Below, piece by piece: positions 39,289 to 49,781 of a stretch of 64,000 bases of DNA. This DNA is from Vampirovibrionaceae bacterium NZW_1234. Its GTDB lineage: Bacteria > Cyanobacteriota > Vampirovibrionia > Vampirovibrionales > JAGQHJ01. Under the pieces are notes generated by a model. The model searched no databases, was not told where the DNA came from, and saw only the letters and a program-made list of their open reading frames with translations. The position numbers and the translations under genes are program-made. Location: NCBI GenBank assembly GCA_041697335.1, contig JBGUGD010000038.1, positions 93,971-157,970 of the forward strand. The letters run 5' to 3'. Position 1 is the first letter of the stretch. The number at the start of each line of letters is the position of its first letter.

Positions 39289-39306
39289 AAGCCTGTCTCA
39301 GCGCAG

Positions 39307-40755
39307 CTATACTTTGGCAGGAGCCGGTTTTGAGGGTCGGGAGGATTCCTTGGCCTGATAAATATGAATGGCATGCCCTTCCAAGGCTTCGGCTGCTTCC
39401 ATCAACGACTCCGGTAAGGTGGGATGTGCATGCACGGTTAAGGCCAGATCTTCGGCACAGGCCCCCATTTCAATCGCCAATGCGGCCTCGGCAATGAGTT
39501 CAGACACTTCCGGGCCAATCATGTGCACGCCCAAAAGCTCATCGGTTACGGCATCGGCAATCACCTTCACAAAGCCATCGGTATCGTCCATGCTCATGGC
39601 CCGACCGGAAGCTGCGAAGGGGAATTTGCCCACTTTAATATCTCGTCCGGCTTTGCGGGCATCGTCTTCGGTCATCCCTACGGTTGCAATTTCGGGGTCC
39701 GTAAAAATGGCTGACGGCATCGCCCGGTAATCCAGGATTTCATTCTGCCCGGCAATGACCGCCGCGGCGACCAACCCTTCCTTGGAGGCCTTATGTGCCA
39801 AAAGCGGGGCGCCTACAATATCGCCAATTGCATAAATATGCGGCCATGAGGTTTGAAGTTTATTATTGACCTGGACAAAGCCTTTGGCATCCATTTTGAC
39901 CCCAATCTTTTCCAAGCCGAGATTCTGGGTATTGGGCTTTCGGCCCACGGCAACGAGCACTTTATCGGCCTGAAGGGTTTTTGTGCCGTCCGGCGTGTCC
40001 AGGGTGACGGTCGCCTGTCCATTGTTGACGGCCACTTGGGTGGTTTTGCTCTCCAAAAAGATCTCAATCTGCCGCTTTTTCAAGGCCCGTCTCAGGGTAT
40101 CGGCCACTTCTTTGTCGACACCGGGCAACAACTGCGGCAGCATCTCAACGACGGAGACTTTGGCACCGAGTTTTGCATACATCACACCCAGTTCCAGACC
40201 AATCACGCCACCGCCAATGAGCACCAAGCGTTCCGGGATAGCCTGCAAGTCCAGGGCATCCGTGGAATCAATAATCACTTGATGATCATAGGGCATATTG
40301 GGCAGCTCAACCGGTGTGGAGCCCGTCGCCAAAAGATAATTCTTGGCAACCAGCGATTGTGTCTTACCCTCTTTATCCACCACTTCCAGGGTTTTGGCAT
40401 CAACGAACCGTGCCGTTCCATAAAGGGTCTCGATCTGATGGCTTTTAAAAAGTTGTCCAATCCCCCCAGTCAATTTTTTGACGGTGTCATTTTTCCAACT
40501 GACCAGTTGCGGCATTTCAACGCTGACGGCATCGACTTTAATGCCCATCTTGCTTGATTTCTTAATTTTCTCAAACAACGAGGAGGCATAAATGAGGGCC
40601 TTAGACGGGATACAACCCCAGTTCAAACACACGCCACCCAATTTGTCTTTTTCGACAACGGTCACCTTCAAACCCAGCTGTGCCAAACGAATGGCAGCCA
40701 CATACCCCCCCGGTCCGGCTCCCACGACGACAACATCACGCATCTGTTCTGCCAT
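39307..40755 (-). CDS. lpdA: Dihydrolipoyl dehydrogenase (E3)
   Basis: GAGPGGY, GGVCLNWGCIPSK, GGGVIGLE, HAHPTLPE. Confidence 0.96.
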   Translation of the reverse strand: MAEQMRDVVVVGAGPGGYVAAIRLAQLGLKVTVVEKDKLGGVCLNWGCIPSKALIYASSLFEKIKKSSKMGIKVDAVSVEMPQLVSWKNDTVKKLTGGIGQLFKSHQIETLYGTARFVDAKTLEVVDKEGKTQSLVAKNYLLATGSTPVELPNMPYDHQVIIDSTDALDLQAIPERLVLIGGGVIGLELGVMYAKLGAKVSVVEMLPQLLPGVDKEVADTLRRALKKRQIEIFLESKTTQVAVNNGQATVTLDTPDGTKTLQADKVLVAVGRKPNTQNLGLEKIGVKMDAKGFVQVNNKLQTSWPHIYAIGDIVGAPLLAHKASKEGLVAAAVIAGQNEILDYRAMPSAIFTDPEIATVGMTEDDARKAGRDIKVGKFPFAASGRAMSMDDTDGFVKVIADAVTDELLGVHMIGPEVSELIAEAALAIEMGACAEDLALTVHAHPTLPESLMEAAEALEGHAIHIYQAKESSRPSKPAPAKV

Positions 40756-40919
40756 TGGACCTTTTGCCTCCTTGAGTTTAAACACCACGAACAACCCGTA
40801 TTCTAGCCTAAAAACCTCGCCCCGAATACTCCTGTTCTCCCCTTGCCAAATACGCGCACTTTTTGCGATGGTTTACGTTTATTGAAATGTCATCCGTCTG
40901 GAATTGGGATTAACTCGCG

Positions 40920-41333
40920 ATGTACCCCGTTTCTTCTGCTTCCCCCGCCCGGCCCGCCTCTGTTCATTTTTCACAAACAGCCTTGGGCTTAAAATTCGGA
41001 ATTCACTTCAAGCCTGATTACTCCAAGCTATCAGCTGAGTTTAAAGCGGTTTATAATGCCTTTTCCAAGAAAATGCTGGATGCCACCCGGGACGTTGACC
41101 CCCATGGAAGCTACACAACCCGAAAACCTGAAGCTCTGGGGTACTACCACTTCCAGGTTGTCACCATCGAGGGGAAACAGGGCTTTAGCCTAAACTGCAT
41201 GGCACAACGCCACATTGCCCCGTTGCGCACCTACCTCATTTCCCAGGGGGTCATCCAGGCGACCGCCAATCCCGAGGTGGATTCATTCCAAGGTCATCCC
41301 GTCATCTTCAGGGCTGTGGGGATTCGGTTTTAG
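40920..41333 (+). CDS. Hypothetical protein (N-terminal VHFS/LKFG)
   Basis: 137-aa ORF lying between the E2 and E3 genes. Confidence 0.6.
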   Translation: MYPVSSASPARPASVHFSQTALGLKFGIHFKPDYSKLSAEFKAVYNAFSKKMLDATRDVDPHGSYTTRKPEALGYYHFQVVTIEGKQGFSLNCMAQRHIAPLRTYLISQGVIQATANPEVDSFQGHPVIFRAVGIRF

Positions 41334-41742
41334 CTTCAGCCTGCCGAGTCACCCCAGGCAGGTGAACCTCCAAAACAGGTTTCTTACAGGCGACTTTGAA
41401 CTGGGTATAGGCATCGAAGGCCCGATCAAAATCAGTCTGGGTCAGATCCTCCTGATGCGCCAGGAAAAAATCATGCACCCGATCCTGATTATCCTCGTGG
41501 GAATATGCCATGGACACATCGGCCCCGAGCTCTCGCATCAGAAAAACAGCGTCGTCATCGGTCAGCACCCGTGCCATGACCTCCTCCCCTGAGCGACGAA
41601 ACGAATCAGCCTCAGCGATAGGACGCGTCGACGCCACCGTGAGTCGAGCGGTGCGATCCATGCGAATAATTTCGCTGTGGACCTCAAACTCCCGGGGACC
41701 ATACACCCGAGCGACGGCTGAAAAACGAACTGGAGAGACCAT
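41308..41742 (-). CDS. Hypothetical protein (N-terminal VRFS)
   Basis: ATG immediately follows the E2 stop codon. Confidence 0.65.
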   Translation of the reverse strand: MVSPVRFSAVARVYGPREFEVHSEIIRMDRTARLTVASTRPIAEADSFRRSGEEVMARVLTDDDAVFLMRELGADVSMAYSHEDNQDRVHDFFLAHQEDLTQTDFDRAFDAYTQFKVACKKPVLEVHLPGVTRQAEAKTESPQP

Positions 41743-43014
41743 TTAGGGCGTTAAGAGAAAACGAGCCGGGTGTTCGAGCCAGTCAATGACTTCCTTCATG
41801 AATAGGGCCGCCTCAGCCCCATCCACCACACGGTGATCACAGGAAATAGACAGATAGGTCATCTCCCGAATCACGATCTCGTCATTTCTGACCACCGGGC
41901 GCTTTTCGATTTTCTGGATGCCCATAATCCCGACCTCCGGGTAGTTGACGATCGGTGCCGAGAAAATCCCGCCAATGGAACCAATACTGGTGAGGGTAAA
42001 CGTCCCGCCCTGCAAATCGGTGAGAGCCAGCTTGCCCTGACGTGCCTTGTCGCTAAGTTCGACAATCTCAACCGCCAGGTCCAGAACGGAGCGTTGATCA
42101 GCATGCTTGACCACAGGCACGATCAAGCCTTCATCGGTCGCAACGGCCACGCCGATATTGTAATACTGCTTGAGGACAATCTCCTGGGTGGCTTCATCCA
42201 GAGAGCTGTTGAGCTTGGGGAATTTTTTCAGCCCTTCGATGACGGCTTTGATAATAAACGGCAAAAACGTCAGTTTGAGGCCCATGGCCTCAGCCATAGG
42301 CTGTAGATCGTTGCGGAACTTGACGATTTCAGACATATCCGCCTCTTCCACATAGGTAAAGTGCGGCGCCGTCTGTTTGGACTTCACCAGATGCTCGCCA
42401 ATCTTGCGGCGCATCCCTCGGAACGGAATCCGTTCTTCACCCTGCCCGGCAATAATCGAGGACCGCTGAAAAGTCGGTCGTGCCTGCTGGGGAGCGGCCA
42501 TACCGCCACCGGAAGAGAAGGCCATTAAATCCTGTTTGCGAACCCGACCACCTGGCCCGGACCCACTGACCAGAGCCAGATCGATTCCCATTGTGCGAGC
42601 CAACTTACGAACCGCCGGAGCCGCCAAGGTTCGATGACGTCCACCTGCGGAGGGTAGTGGGGCTGTCGCGACCGGACGAGAGGATACAGGCGGTGCTTCA
42701 GAATGCACTTCCTTGGCCGCAGCAGAGCCATTGGTTGCAGCCGCTTCATTAGAGGCCGGCTTGGCTCCTGAAGTGGCAGAATCATCAATGCGGATAATAA
42801 TGCTACCGACTTTGACAACATCGCCTTCTTTATACAAAAGCTCTTCGACAACACCGTTCACGGGTGACGTAATTTCAACCGTCACTTTATCGGTCATCAC
42901 TTCAACCATGGGCTGGTCTTCGGTGACGCTTTGGCCAGGTTCAACCAGCCACTTGGAAATCTCGCCCTCGTGGACGCCTTCTCCGATATCCGGGAGTTTA
43001 AATTCAAATGCCAT
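41743..43014 (-). CDS. 2-oxoacid dehydrogenase E2 (dihydrolipoamide acyltransferase)
   Basis: Lipoyl domain TDKV, E3-binding AAPAVRKLA, DHRVVDGA. Confidence 0.95.
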   Translation of the reverse strand: MAFEFKLPDIGEGVHEGEISKWLVEPGQSVTEDQPMVEVMTDKVTVEITSPVNGVVEELLYKEGDVVKVGSIIIRIDDSATSGAKPASNEAAATNGSAAAKEVHSEAPPVSSRPVATAPLPSAGGRHRTLAAPAVRKLARTMGIDLALVSGSGPGGRVRKQDLMAFSSGGGMAAPQQARPTFQRSSIIAGQGEERIPFRGMRRKIGEHLVKSKQTAPHFTYVEEADMSEIVKFRNDLQPMAEAMGLKLTFLPFIIKAVIEGLKKFPKLNSSLDEATQEIVLKQYYNIGVAVATDEGLIVPVVKHADQRSVLDLAVEIVELSDKARQGKLALTDLQGGTFTLTSIGSIGGIFSAPIVNYPEVGIMGIQKIEKRPVVRNDEIVIREMTYLSISCDHRVVDGAEAALFMKEVIDWLEHPARFLLTP

Positions 43015-43072
43015 GTGTGGAAAACCTCCCCAAAATAAAACTACTGACAAATGGTCGGGCTATGAATCACAA

Positions 43073-44047
43073 TTAGTAATTCAGCACCTCCATAATGGCC
43101 CGATAAACCCTGGCCGGGTGAGGCATGTACACATATTCCAGCGTGTACGGGAACGGTGTATCCAAGCCAGCAACCCGAAGGATGGGGGCTTCCAGATAAT
43201 CAATGGCTTTTTCGGCAATGGTTGCTGCAATTTCAGCACCGAAACCACAGGTTTTAGGCGCTTCATGCACAATAACGGCCCGGCCGGTTTTCTTCACCGA
43301 ACTCACAATGGTGTCCATATCCAAGGGGTACAGCGTTCTGAGGTCTACAATCTCCACACTGTAACCGCTTTCGGCAGCCTTGTTCGCCGCTTTCTCCACC
43401 ACTTGAACCATGGAGCCGTAACAGTAAATCGACACATCCGTACCTTCCCGAACAATATTTGCCGGGCCGATGGGCACAATATAATCGGTATCGGGAATGT
43501 CCTGTTTAAAGGCCCGGTAGATCTTCTTGGGCTCCATAAAGATGACCGGATCATCGCCTCGGATCGCCGCTTTTAAAAGTCCCTTGGCATCATAGGGATT
43601 CGAGGGAATAACAACCTGAAGGCCAGGGGTGTGACAGAAATAGGCTTCCGGGCTTTGGGAGTGATAGTGCCCACCACGGATACCTCCGCCATAGGGTGTC
43701 CGAACAATGACGGGAGAAGTGAAGTCTCCCCCTGAGCGGTAGCGCATCTTGGCCATCTCGGACACAATCTGGTCAAAGGCCGGGTAGATAAAGTCTGCAA
43801 ACTGGATTTCCGGTACCGGTTTCAGGCCATAAACCGCCATCCCAATTGCAGCACCGATAATGCCACTTTCAGACAGCGGAGTATCCATCACCCGGTCACC
43901 ACCGAATTTATGGAACAACCCTTCGGTCGCTCGAAAGACTCCGCCATTCAAGCCGACGTCTTCACCCAGGACAACCACGCTGTCATCGCGCTCCATCTCC
44001 TCGAACAACGCCGTATTGATTGCTTGCAATAAAGTTGCTTCAGCCAT
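43073..44047 (-). CDS. 2-oxoacid dehydrogenase E1 beta (pyruvate or branched-chain type)
   Basis: GEDVG.NGGVFRAT, DTPLSE, EIQFADF, HYHSQSPE. Confidence 0.95.
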   Translation of the reverse strand: MAEATLLQAINTALFEEMERDDSVVVLGEDVGLNGGVFRATEGLFHKFGGDRVMDTPLSESGIIGAAIGMAVYGLKPVPEIQFADFIYPAFDQIVSEMAKMRYRSGGDFTSPVIVRTPYGGGIRGGHYHSQSPEAYFCHTPGLQVVIPSNPYDAKGLLKAAIRGDDPVIFMEPKKIYRAFKQDIPDTDYIVPIGPANIVREGTDVSIYCYGSMVQVVEKAANKAAESGYSVEIVDLRTLYPLDMDTIVSSVKKTGRAVIVHEAPKTCGFGAEIAATIAEKAIDYLEAPILRVAGLDTPFPYTLEYVYMPHPARVYRAIMEVLNY

Positions 44048-44105
44048 TGGTACTTATCCCTCCTGAATTCCTACTGTTGACCGTGACGCACGATGTTGAC
44101 ATGCA

Positions 44106-45218
44106 TCATAACGGGAACTCCCCTTCATTGGTCAGCTCGAGACCCTTTTCATGAGCTAGGATATCCTCCTGCTGATCCTGGAGGACTTGGGGAATATAGG
44201 AGTAAACATCTTCAAACAACGTTTCCCAATCGGGAGTTGCAATACTTTCAGCCTGCTTAATGGCTTGGTTGATACGTTCCTGAGCCTGGGTCCGGACCTG
44301 GGTTTCATAGTCCTCGGTCCAGAGGCCCCATTCCTGCAACCGTGCTTTGAACACCAGGATGGGATCCCGTTTCAGCCATTCGTCCATTTCTTCCTTGGAG
44401 CGATATCGGCTCGGATCATCGGACGAGGAGTGAGGACCGGCACGGTAGGTTTTCAACTCCAACAGAGTGGGTCCTTCGCCACGACGTGCCCGCTCTGCGG
44501 CTTCTTTAGTCGCTTTGTAAACGGCCAGAATGTCATTTCCGTCAACCAAAATACCCGGCATGCCATACGCCTTGGCTTTATCGGCGAGAACTTCCACACC
44601 TGTCTGGCTACAGACCGGGGTGGATATCGCATATTGATTGTTCACCAAGGCAAAAATACAGGGCGCCTTAAAGGCTGCGGCAAAATTCATCCCGGAATGA
44701 AAATCGTTGGAAGAGGTTCCGCCATCCCCAAAATAGGTAATCGCAACACTGTCGTCCTTTTTGACCTTCATGGCCATGGCCGCACCAACGGCCTGGATGA
44801 CCTGTGTGCCAATGACACTGGAGATGGAAAGGAACTTGTGCTGGCGAGACGTATAATGCACGGGCATCTGTTTACCTTCCACGATATCCTCCCGGTTACC
44901 GAAGAGGTTGTTGGCCATGGTCTGGATTTCGACCCCACGAAACATCGCCACACCAGGCTGACGGTAAGATGAAAAGACCCAATCTGTGTCTCTTAGAGCA
45001 AACGCTGTTCCAATCTGGCAGGCTTCTTCACCAAAAGAGCCTGCGTAAAAACCAATCCGGCCCTGACGTTGAAGTTTAAAGCACCGGTCATCATACTCCC
45101 GGGTGAGGACCATGTGTTCGTACATGGACCGAAGCTGATCTTCCGTCAGCCCTTCCGGTAATTTCTGCGAGTGTTCGGCGGTTGTCTTCATAGTCCACTT
45201 TTCCTGTGTCAGTGACAT
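44106..45218 (-). CDS. 2-oxoacid dehydrogenase E1 alpha (motifs closer to the branched-chain type)
   Basis: RQGRIGFY, QMPVHY, GDGGTS...NNQYAIS, HSSSDDP; AGGAGG RBS. Confidence 0.93.
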   Translation of the reverse strand: MSLTQEKWTMKTTAEHSQKLPEGLTEDQLRSMYEHMVLTREYDDRCFKLQRQGRIGFYAGSFGEEACQIGTAFALRDTDWVFSSYRQPGVAMFRGVEIQTMANNLFGNREDIVEGKQMPVHYTSRQHKFLSISSVIGTQVIQAVGAAMAMKVKKDDSVAITYFGDGGTSSNDFHSGMNFAAAFKAPCIFALVNNQYAISTPVCSQTGVEVLADKAKAYGMPGILVDGNDILAVYKATKEAAERARRGEGPTLLELKTYRAGPHSSSDDPSRYRSKEEMDEWLKRDPILVFKARLQEWGLWTEDYETQVRTQAQERINQAIKQAESIATPDWETLFEDVYSYIPQVLQDQQEDILAHEKGLELTNEGEFPL

Positions 45219-45271
45219 ACATGCCCTCCTAAACAATATCCCCAAATCGACAGTAATTCGGTAGTGATGCT

Positions 45272-46168
45272 TCAGGTCATTTGTCGGCGTTTTTCGATGA
45301 CTCCTTGAATAAAGAATTCAGCCGCTTTATAAGAGCTTCTCACCAAGGGACCCGACGCGCAATAGAGAAAACCCATATCCAGGGCAATGGCTTCCCACGC
45401 CTGAAATTGCTCGGGCGTAATGAAGCGCTCAACGGGTAAGTGCTTTGCTGTGGGCTGAAGATATTGCCCCAGGGTCAGAATATCAACCCCATGAGCTCTT
45501 AAGTCTTCCATACAGGCTTTCACTTCTTCATCGGTTTCGCCTAAGCCCAACATAATCGAGGATTTGGTATAAATATCGGGGCGCATCGTCTTGACTCGCT
45601 CGAGCAAGGTCAGGGTTTGCTGATACCCGGCACGGCGATCCCGCACAGGGTGGGTCAGACGCTCAACGGTTTCGATATTTTGCGCAATCACGTCAGGACT
45701 CGAGTCCATCAGGCGTTGCAGGGGCGCCAATTGGCCCTGAAAATCCGGTATCAGTGTCTCAACAATAATGCTCGGAATGGCTTCTTTTAATCGCTCTACC
45801 GTTTGGGCAAAGTGATCCGCCCCGCCATCGGGGAGGTCATCCCGATCCACAGAGGTTAACACGACATATTTCAGGCCAAACCGCTTCACCGTATCGGCGA
45901 TCTTCTGGGGTTCCTCAGCGTCCAACCAGCCTTGCGGGTTACCTGTTTTAACCGCACAAAAACGACACCCGCGGGTGCAGGTATCGCCCATTAACATATA
46001 GGTCGCGGTACCACCGGCCCAACATTCCGCTATATTGGGGCATTTGGCCTCCTCGCAGACCGTCGAAAGATTCATCTGACGAGCAAGGGCCTTAATCTCG
46101 TTATAGACCGGACCTCCGGGTGGACGGATCTTAAGCCAGTCCGGCTTGCGAAGATACGTGGTAGTAAT
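45272..46168 (-). CDS. lipA: Lipoyl synthase (probable ATT start)
   Basis: [32 protein letters not shown]; an in-frame stop lies just upstream of the ATT. Confidence 0.95.
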   Translation of the reverse strand: MTTTYLRKPDWLKIRPPGGPVYNEIKALARQMNLSTVCEEAKCPNIAECWAGGTATYMLMGDTCTRGCRFCAVKTGNPQGWLDAEEPQKIADTVKRFGLKYVVLTSVDRDDLPDGGADHFAQTVERLKEAIPSIIVETLIPDFQGQLAPLQRLMDSSPDVIAQNIETVERLTHPVRDRRAGYQQTLTLLERVKTMRPDIYTKSSIMLGLGETDEEVKACMEDLRAHGVDILTLGQYLQPTAKHLPVERFITPEQFQAWEAIALDMGFLYCASGPLVRSSYKAAEFFIQGVIEKRRQMT

Positions 46169-46484
46169 GGATTAACCCTCTATAAGTACGCCATTATTTT
46201 CAGAAGTATACTTGCTCAGCATTATTCATGAAAAACATGGCGAAAACAATGCCAAGGACGACGAGACGGGCCACGGCAACATTTCGAGGGGTTCCGTTTC
46301 AGTGGGTTATTGACGGCGATTACGAGAAGCACCTACCGACGCTTGCTTCTGCCCAAAACGCAGTTCCAGGGTCAGCATTAAAGTCCGTTCAAAGCGAAAA
46401 CACAATTGATACAAGGGCATATGATTCATGATTCTCCTACACAAAACCTACTTCTTCTTTACGTCTCAGAACTCATACGAAAGC

Positions 46485-46688
46485 TTACTCATCTCCAGGA
46501 GGTACCGGGTGGGTCTCAGGTGGTTTCGGTTGCAATAACCGAGTCACCAGGGTCATAAATCCGTTACTCTTCTGACGACGTCTTACACAAGAGCGGAGGT
46601 GGGAAAATTCCTCCATCACGGAATTTTGAAACAAATAGTCTAGCGTTTTCTCGCAGATGGCCTGCTGCTTTACCATGCCATAGGACAT
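46485..46688 (-). CDS. Small hypothetical protein
   Basis: GAGG RBS before MSYGMVKQ. Confidence 0.4.
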   Translation of the reverse strand: MSYGMVKQQAICEKTLDYLFQNSVMEEFSHLRSCVRRRQKSNGFMTLVTRLLQPKPPETHPVPPGDE

Positions 46689-47115
46689 CGGGGATACCTC
46701 TTCTCGTCTATTCGCCACTCTGAATGGACTGCCTTCAATCAACAGATGATGTACACAGAATTGATAATGACTTTACAACCGAAAGTCTTCTAGAGGTTAT
46801 ACCCTTTTTTTTTGAGTTTCAATCGAACTCAAGCATGGTGACTGCAATATAACTTTACGCCTCTGATGCAAAGCATTATTCCCGGTTTTAAGGGTCTGAT
46901 GTGCTGTCAATACCCGTCGATGCCCCCAATCCTGCAGCGCTGGAAATGGCCTTTGCCACTCGAGGAACGGCAGAATCTACCATTCCTCGCGTCCTGGGAA
47001 GGCTTTCTCAATGTTGTTCTGTCAGCATTTAACAGCAACATCCTCGCCGCATCATCGCGTTGACAATTCCGCCTTCAAGTGTGGCAGGGGATTGGGACTG
47101 AGTCTAAGCTTGGGT

Positions 47116-48006
47116 TTAAGCCTTAATGCCCTTTGGGCTTAAGGGCAACCCCGCTTGGGTTAGTTCCTGGGCCAATTGATCAGACGTGACGGCATAAATA
47201 TCACGATATTCCGGATCCGCAGGGTTTGTCAGGCAGGAATTATCCAACCCGTAAATAGCATCGGAGACAACGATGGGTGTAATATCCATTGCTTTAAAGC
47301 CTTTAATGGCCTGCTTAACGCAAATATCGGTGCAAACACCGTACACCAAGGCAATATTACGACCCGTTTGCTTGACCATATCAAACAATTTCAATGCCTT
47401 TTGATTGGGAACCACCTGAAACGTCGTTTTACCCGTAGCCGGATCGATACCTTGGGGCTGATTATATTCGAAGAGATTGAACCGGTTCTTGCGAATTTCA
47501 ATGGTTGCTCCCCGCTTAACCAGATTTTCAAAGGCCGCGCGATCGGGCACATCATCCTGTTGTGGGTCTACCGAGACCACATGAACATCAGACGACAGTT
47601 CGGTTTCTGGAATATTCTGCCAGCCGGGGGTATTTTCAATGCAATGTTCATCCGAAAACGCTTTGAAGTCCTCGAATTCCGGATCTCCGGGCTGATGGGT
47701 ATCCTTGGAGCGAAAATGAGGAATTTTGAAAGGATTATTGGGCAGTAAGGTCATCCGAAGCCGGTCAACGGCTTGCTTCAACTTTGGAATAATGGTCTCG
47801 GCTTGAGGCACATACAAGCCCTTTCTGGGATTATCGGGATGCACACGCATGAAGTCATCCTGCGTATCCACGTCGTGTATAAAGAGCTTCTGATTTTTCA
47901 ATGCATCCTGGAGCATTGCCGACGCCTTTGCATCCCAAGACAGTATTCCAAAGCGAGGCGACTGCTTCATCGGCTTGAGGTTAATCGCATTCATCCTAAT
48001 CGCCAT
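47116..48006 (-). CDS. Nicotinamidase/isochorismatase-family hydrolase with N-terminal PRFG extension
   Basis: DVDTQDDF, DTH, EHC, K, YGVCTDICV; start approximate. Confidence 0.85.
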   Translation of the reverse strand: MAIRMNAINLKPMKQSPRFGILSWDAKASAMLQDALKNQKLFIHDVDTQDDFMRVHPDNPRKGLYVPQAETIIPKLKQAVDRLRMTLLPNNPFKIPHFRSKDTHQPGDPEFEDFKAFSDEHCIENTPGWQNIPETELSSDVHVVSVDPQQDDVPDRAAFENLVKRGATIEIRKNRFNLFEYNQPQGIDPATGKTTFQVVPNQKALKLFDMVKQTGRNIALVYGVCTDICVKQAIKGFKAMDITPIVVSDAIYGLDNSCLTNPADPEYRDIYAVTSDQLAQELTQAGLPLSPKGIKA

Positions 48007-48098
48007 TGTATTCCCATCCATAGCCTGCACCACACCTGCACCGTTGCGCATAAGTCCTTCAAAATCGAATCTCTATCATAGCCCTTCCGAATTGATTT

Positions 48099-48125
48099 TC
48101 AAGATATTGAATGCAAATCCGATAT
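48099..48125 (+). promoter_or_regulatory. Sigma28-like promoter candidate
   Basis: TCAA-N15-TCCGATAT. Confidence 0.4.
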
Positions 48126-48341
48126 CAAAAAGCGTCATTCTTCCATCAATGTTCGTGCCACATCCTTGCTCTTTCAGGCCTTGACAGTGCTTTGAGCCAA
48201 CCGTAACAGAAACGTAACGAAGCCCAAGATCCTTAACACAAAATTTATAAAGATTGTTTTTATAACCATGTAGGAAGTTATGAGTGTCTAGCCCGGGTTT
48301 ATCTCTCTCACCCAGGGCGGAATTGAGTGTAGGAGTTTTGC

Positions 48342-49436
48342 ATGGCGAATACGTCCATCAGTCCAGTTGCGATCAATAAACAAGTTTCAACAACCTTAAA
48401 TAACCTGAATCGGCTTCAGTGGGACACCAACGGTGACCAGGGCCAAGCGGTATTCATGCCTATTCGGTCTCAGTCAGGCTCTTCAAGGAGCAACGATGCA
48501 CAGCTATTGATGCAACAAATGCAAAGCCTGCAAAGTGTCGCCCGATTGGTGCGCCAACAGGAAGATAAGCAAGGGGGTACGACCACAAGTTCACAGAACC
48601 CCTCCTTGTCCAATCAGTTATCACAATTATCAACAGCGCTTGAAAAGCTGGTCTCTGCCCTTTTCAGAAATGCTTCAGGCAATAATTCTGCATCGGTTGG
48701 TACAGGACAAACCACACAGGGGAATAATACCACCCCGGTAAATACTGAGCCTGTTGTGACCTCAAATGGCGTGGCAACAACCACCCCTGTAACAACCACA
48801 TCCACCCAAGGCACCGGAACAACCAATGCTAATCCCAATGTTGAAATAACGGCCAACTCGGCCCGGCTGAAAAATTTCAACGGCCTGGTGCAATACCATT
48901 CCCTTTCCTGTGGTCCGACCTCGCTGACCATGGTCTTGAACTTTATGGGCATGAATTTAGACCAACGGGATGTCGATAGTATTCGTCCTAATAAAAGTGC
49001 CGGACTTGCTCCCAGCGTTATTCGTGATGGTGCGAAAAAATTTGGGGCGGAAGCCTCGGTCCAGGATAATGCCACCTTTGAAGAGATTGATGCCCAAATC
49101 CGAAGTGGCCAACCTCCCATCCTCCTGATTAACAACGGAACCGGAGGACAACATTATGTGGTCGCCATTGGCACATCCACCAACGCCTTTGGTCAACGCG
49201 AAATTGAATATCTCGATCCGATGACCGGCCAGCCGGTAAAAGAGAACTTTGATGCCTTTGTGAGAAATCGATGGGGCAATATTAAAGAAAACGGAGCCTC
49301 AACAGGGATGAACAACCTCATGATCACTATCTCAAGAAACGGGAACTTGAATCCGGAACGGCTTTCAGGCAAATCTCTGGAAACAGACAACGGGTGGCGT
49401 GAGGTCAACTTCCGAGGAACCCAACAAGCCGCTTGA
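48342..49436 (+). CDS. C39-like cysteine peptidase domain protein with low-complexity N-terminus
   Basis: QYHSLSCGPTSLTM, HYVV, YLDP; AGGAG RBS. Confidence 0.85.
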   Translation: MANTSISPVAINKQVSTTLNNLNRLQWDTNGDQGQAVFMPIRSQSGSSRSNDAQLLMQQMQSLQSVARLVRQQEDKQGGTTTSSQNPSLSNQLSQLSTALEKLVSALFRNASGNNSASVGTGQTTQGNNTTPVNTEPVVTSNGVATTTPVTTTSTQGTGTTNANPNVEITANSARLKNFNGLVQYHSLSCGPTSLTMVLNFMGMNLDQRDVDSIRPNKSAGLAPSVIRDGAKKFGAEASVQDNATFEEIDAQIRSGQPPILLINNGTGGQHYVVAIGTSTNAFGQREIEYLDPMTGQPVKENFDAFVRNRWGNIKENGASTGMNNLMITISRNGNLNPERLSGKSLETDNGWREVNFRGTQQAA

Positions 49437-49584
49437 TTTAGCCGACACCTTTTTTAATGTGTGACTGATTTTTTGACGAATCAGTCCGATATGAAGGGTA
49501 CTCATTAAAAATCCAGCCCCATAACTTAAGAATGACCCTTCCGCGAATAAACTCTCTCTCGCTTCAGCAATACTAACAAGATTT

Positions 49585-49623
49585 CCATGCTCTGGTGCTT
49601 CATCGACATCCAGAGCATTTTTA
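49585..49623 (+). terminator. Intrinsic terminator
   Basis: ATGCTCTGG...CCAGAGCAT-TTTT. Confidence 0.55.
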
Positions 49624-49781
49624 TTGCGCTAAAAAACTTCCCTGAGAGTTTTTAGCAGAACGCACCTTAACAAATAATTTACGCATCAAATCCCCGCAAA
49701 TTGTTTTTATATATATAAGTAGTGTTGTGTGTGAATTGGACCTCGAAGCCCGAGGTACCGGTAATGTGTAGGAGTTTCGCT

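Noticed and set aside
1650..48220. Scattered GTTAC/GTAAC half-sites as RpaB HLR1 boxes
   Set aside because: Spacing and orientation are inconsistent.
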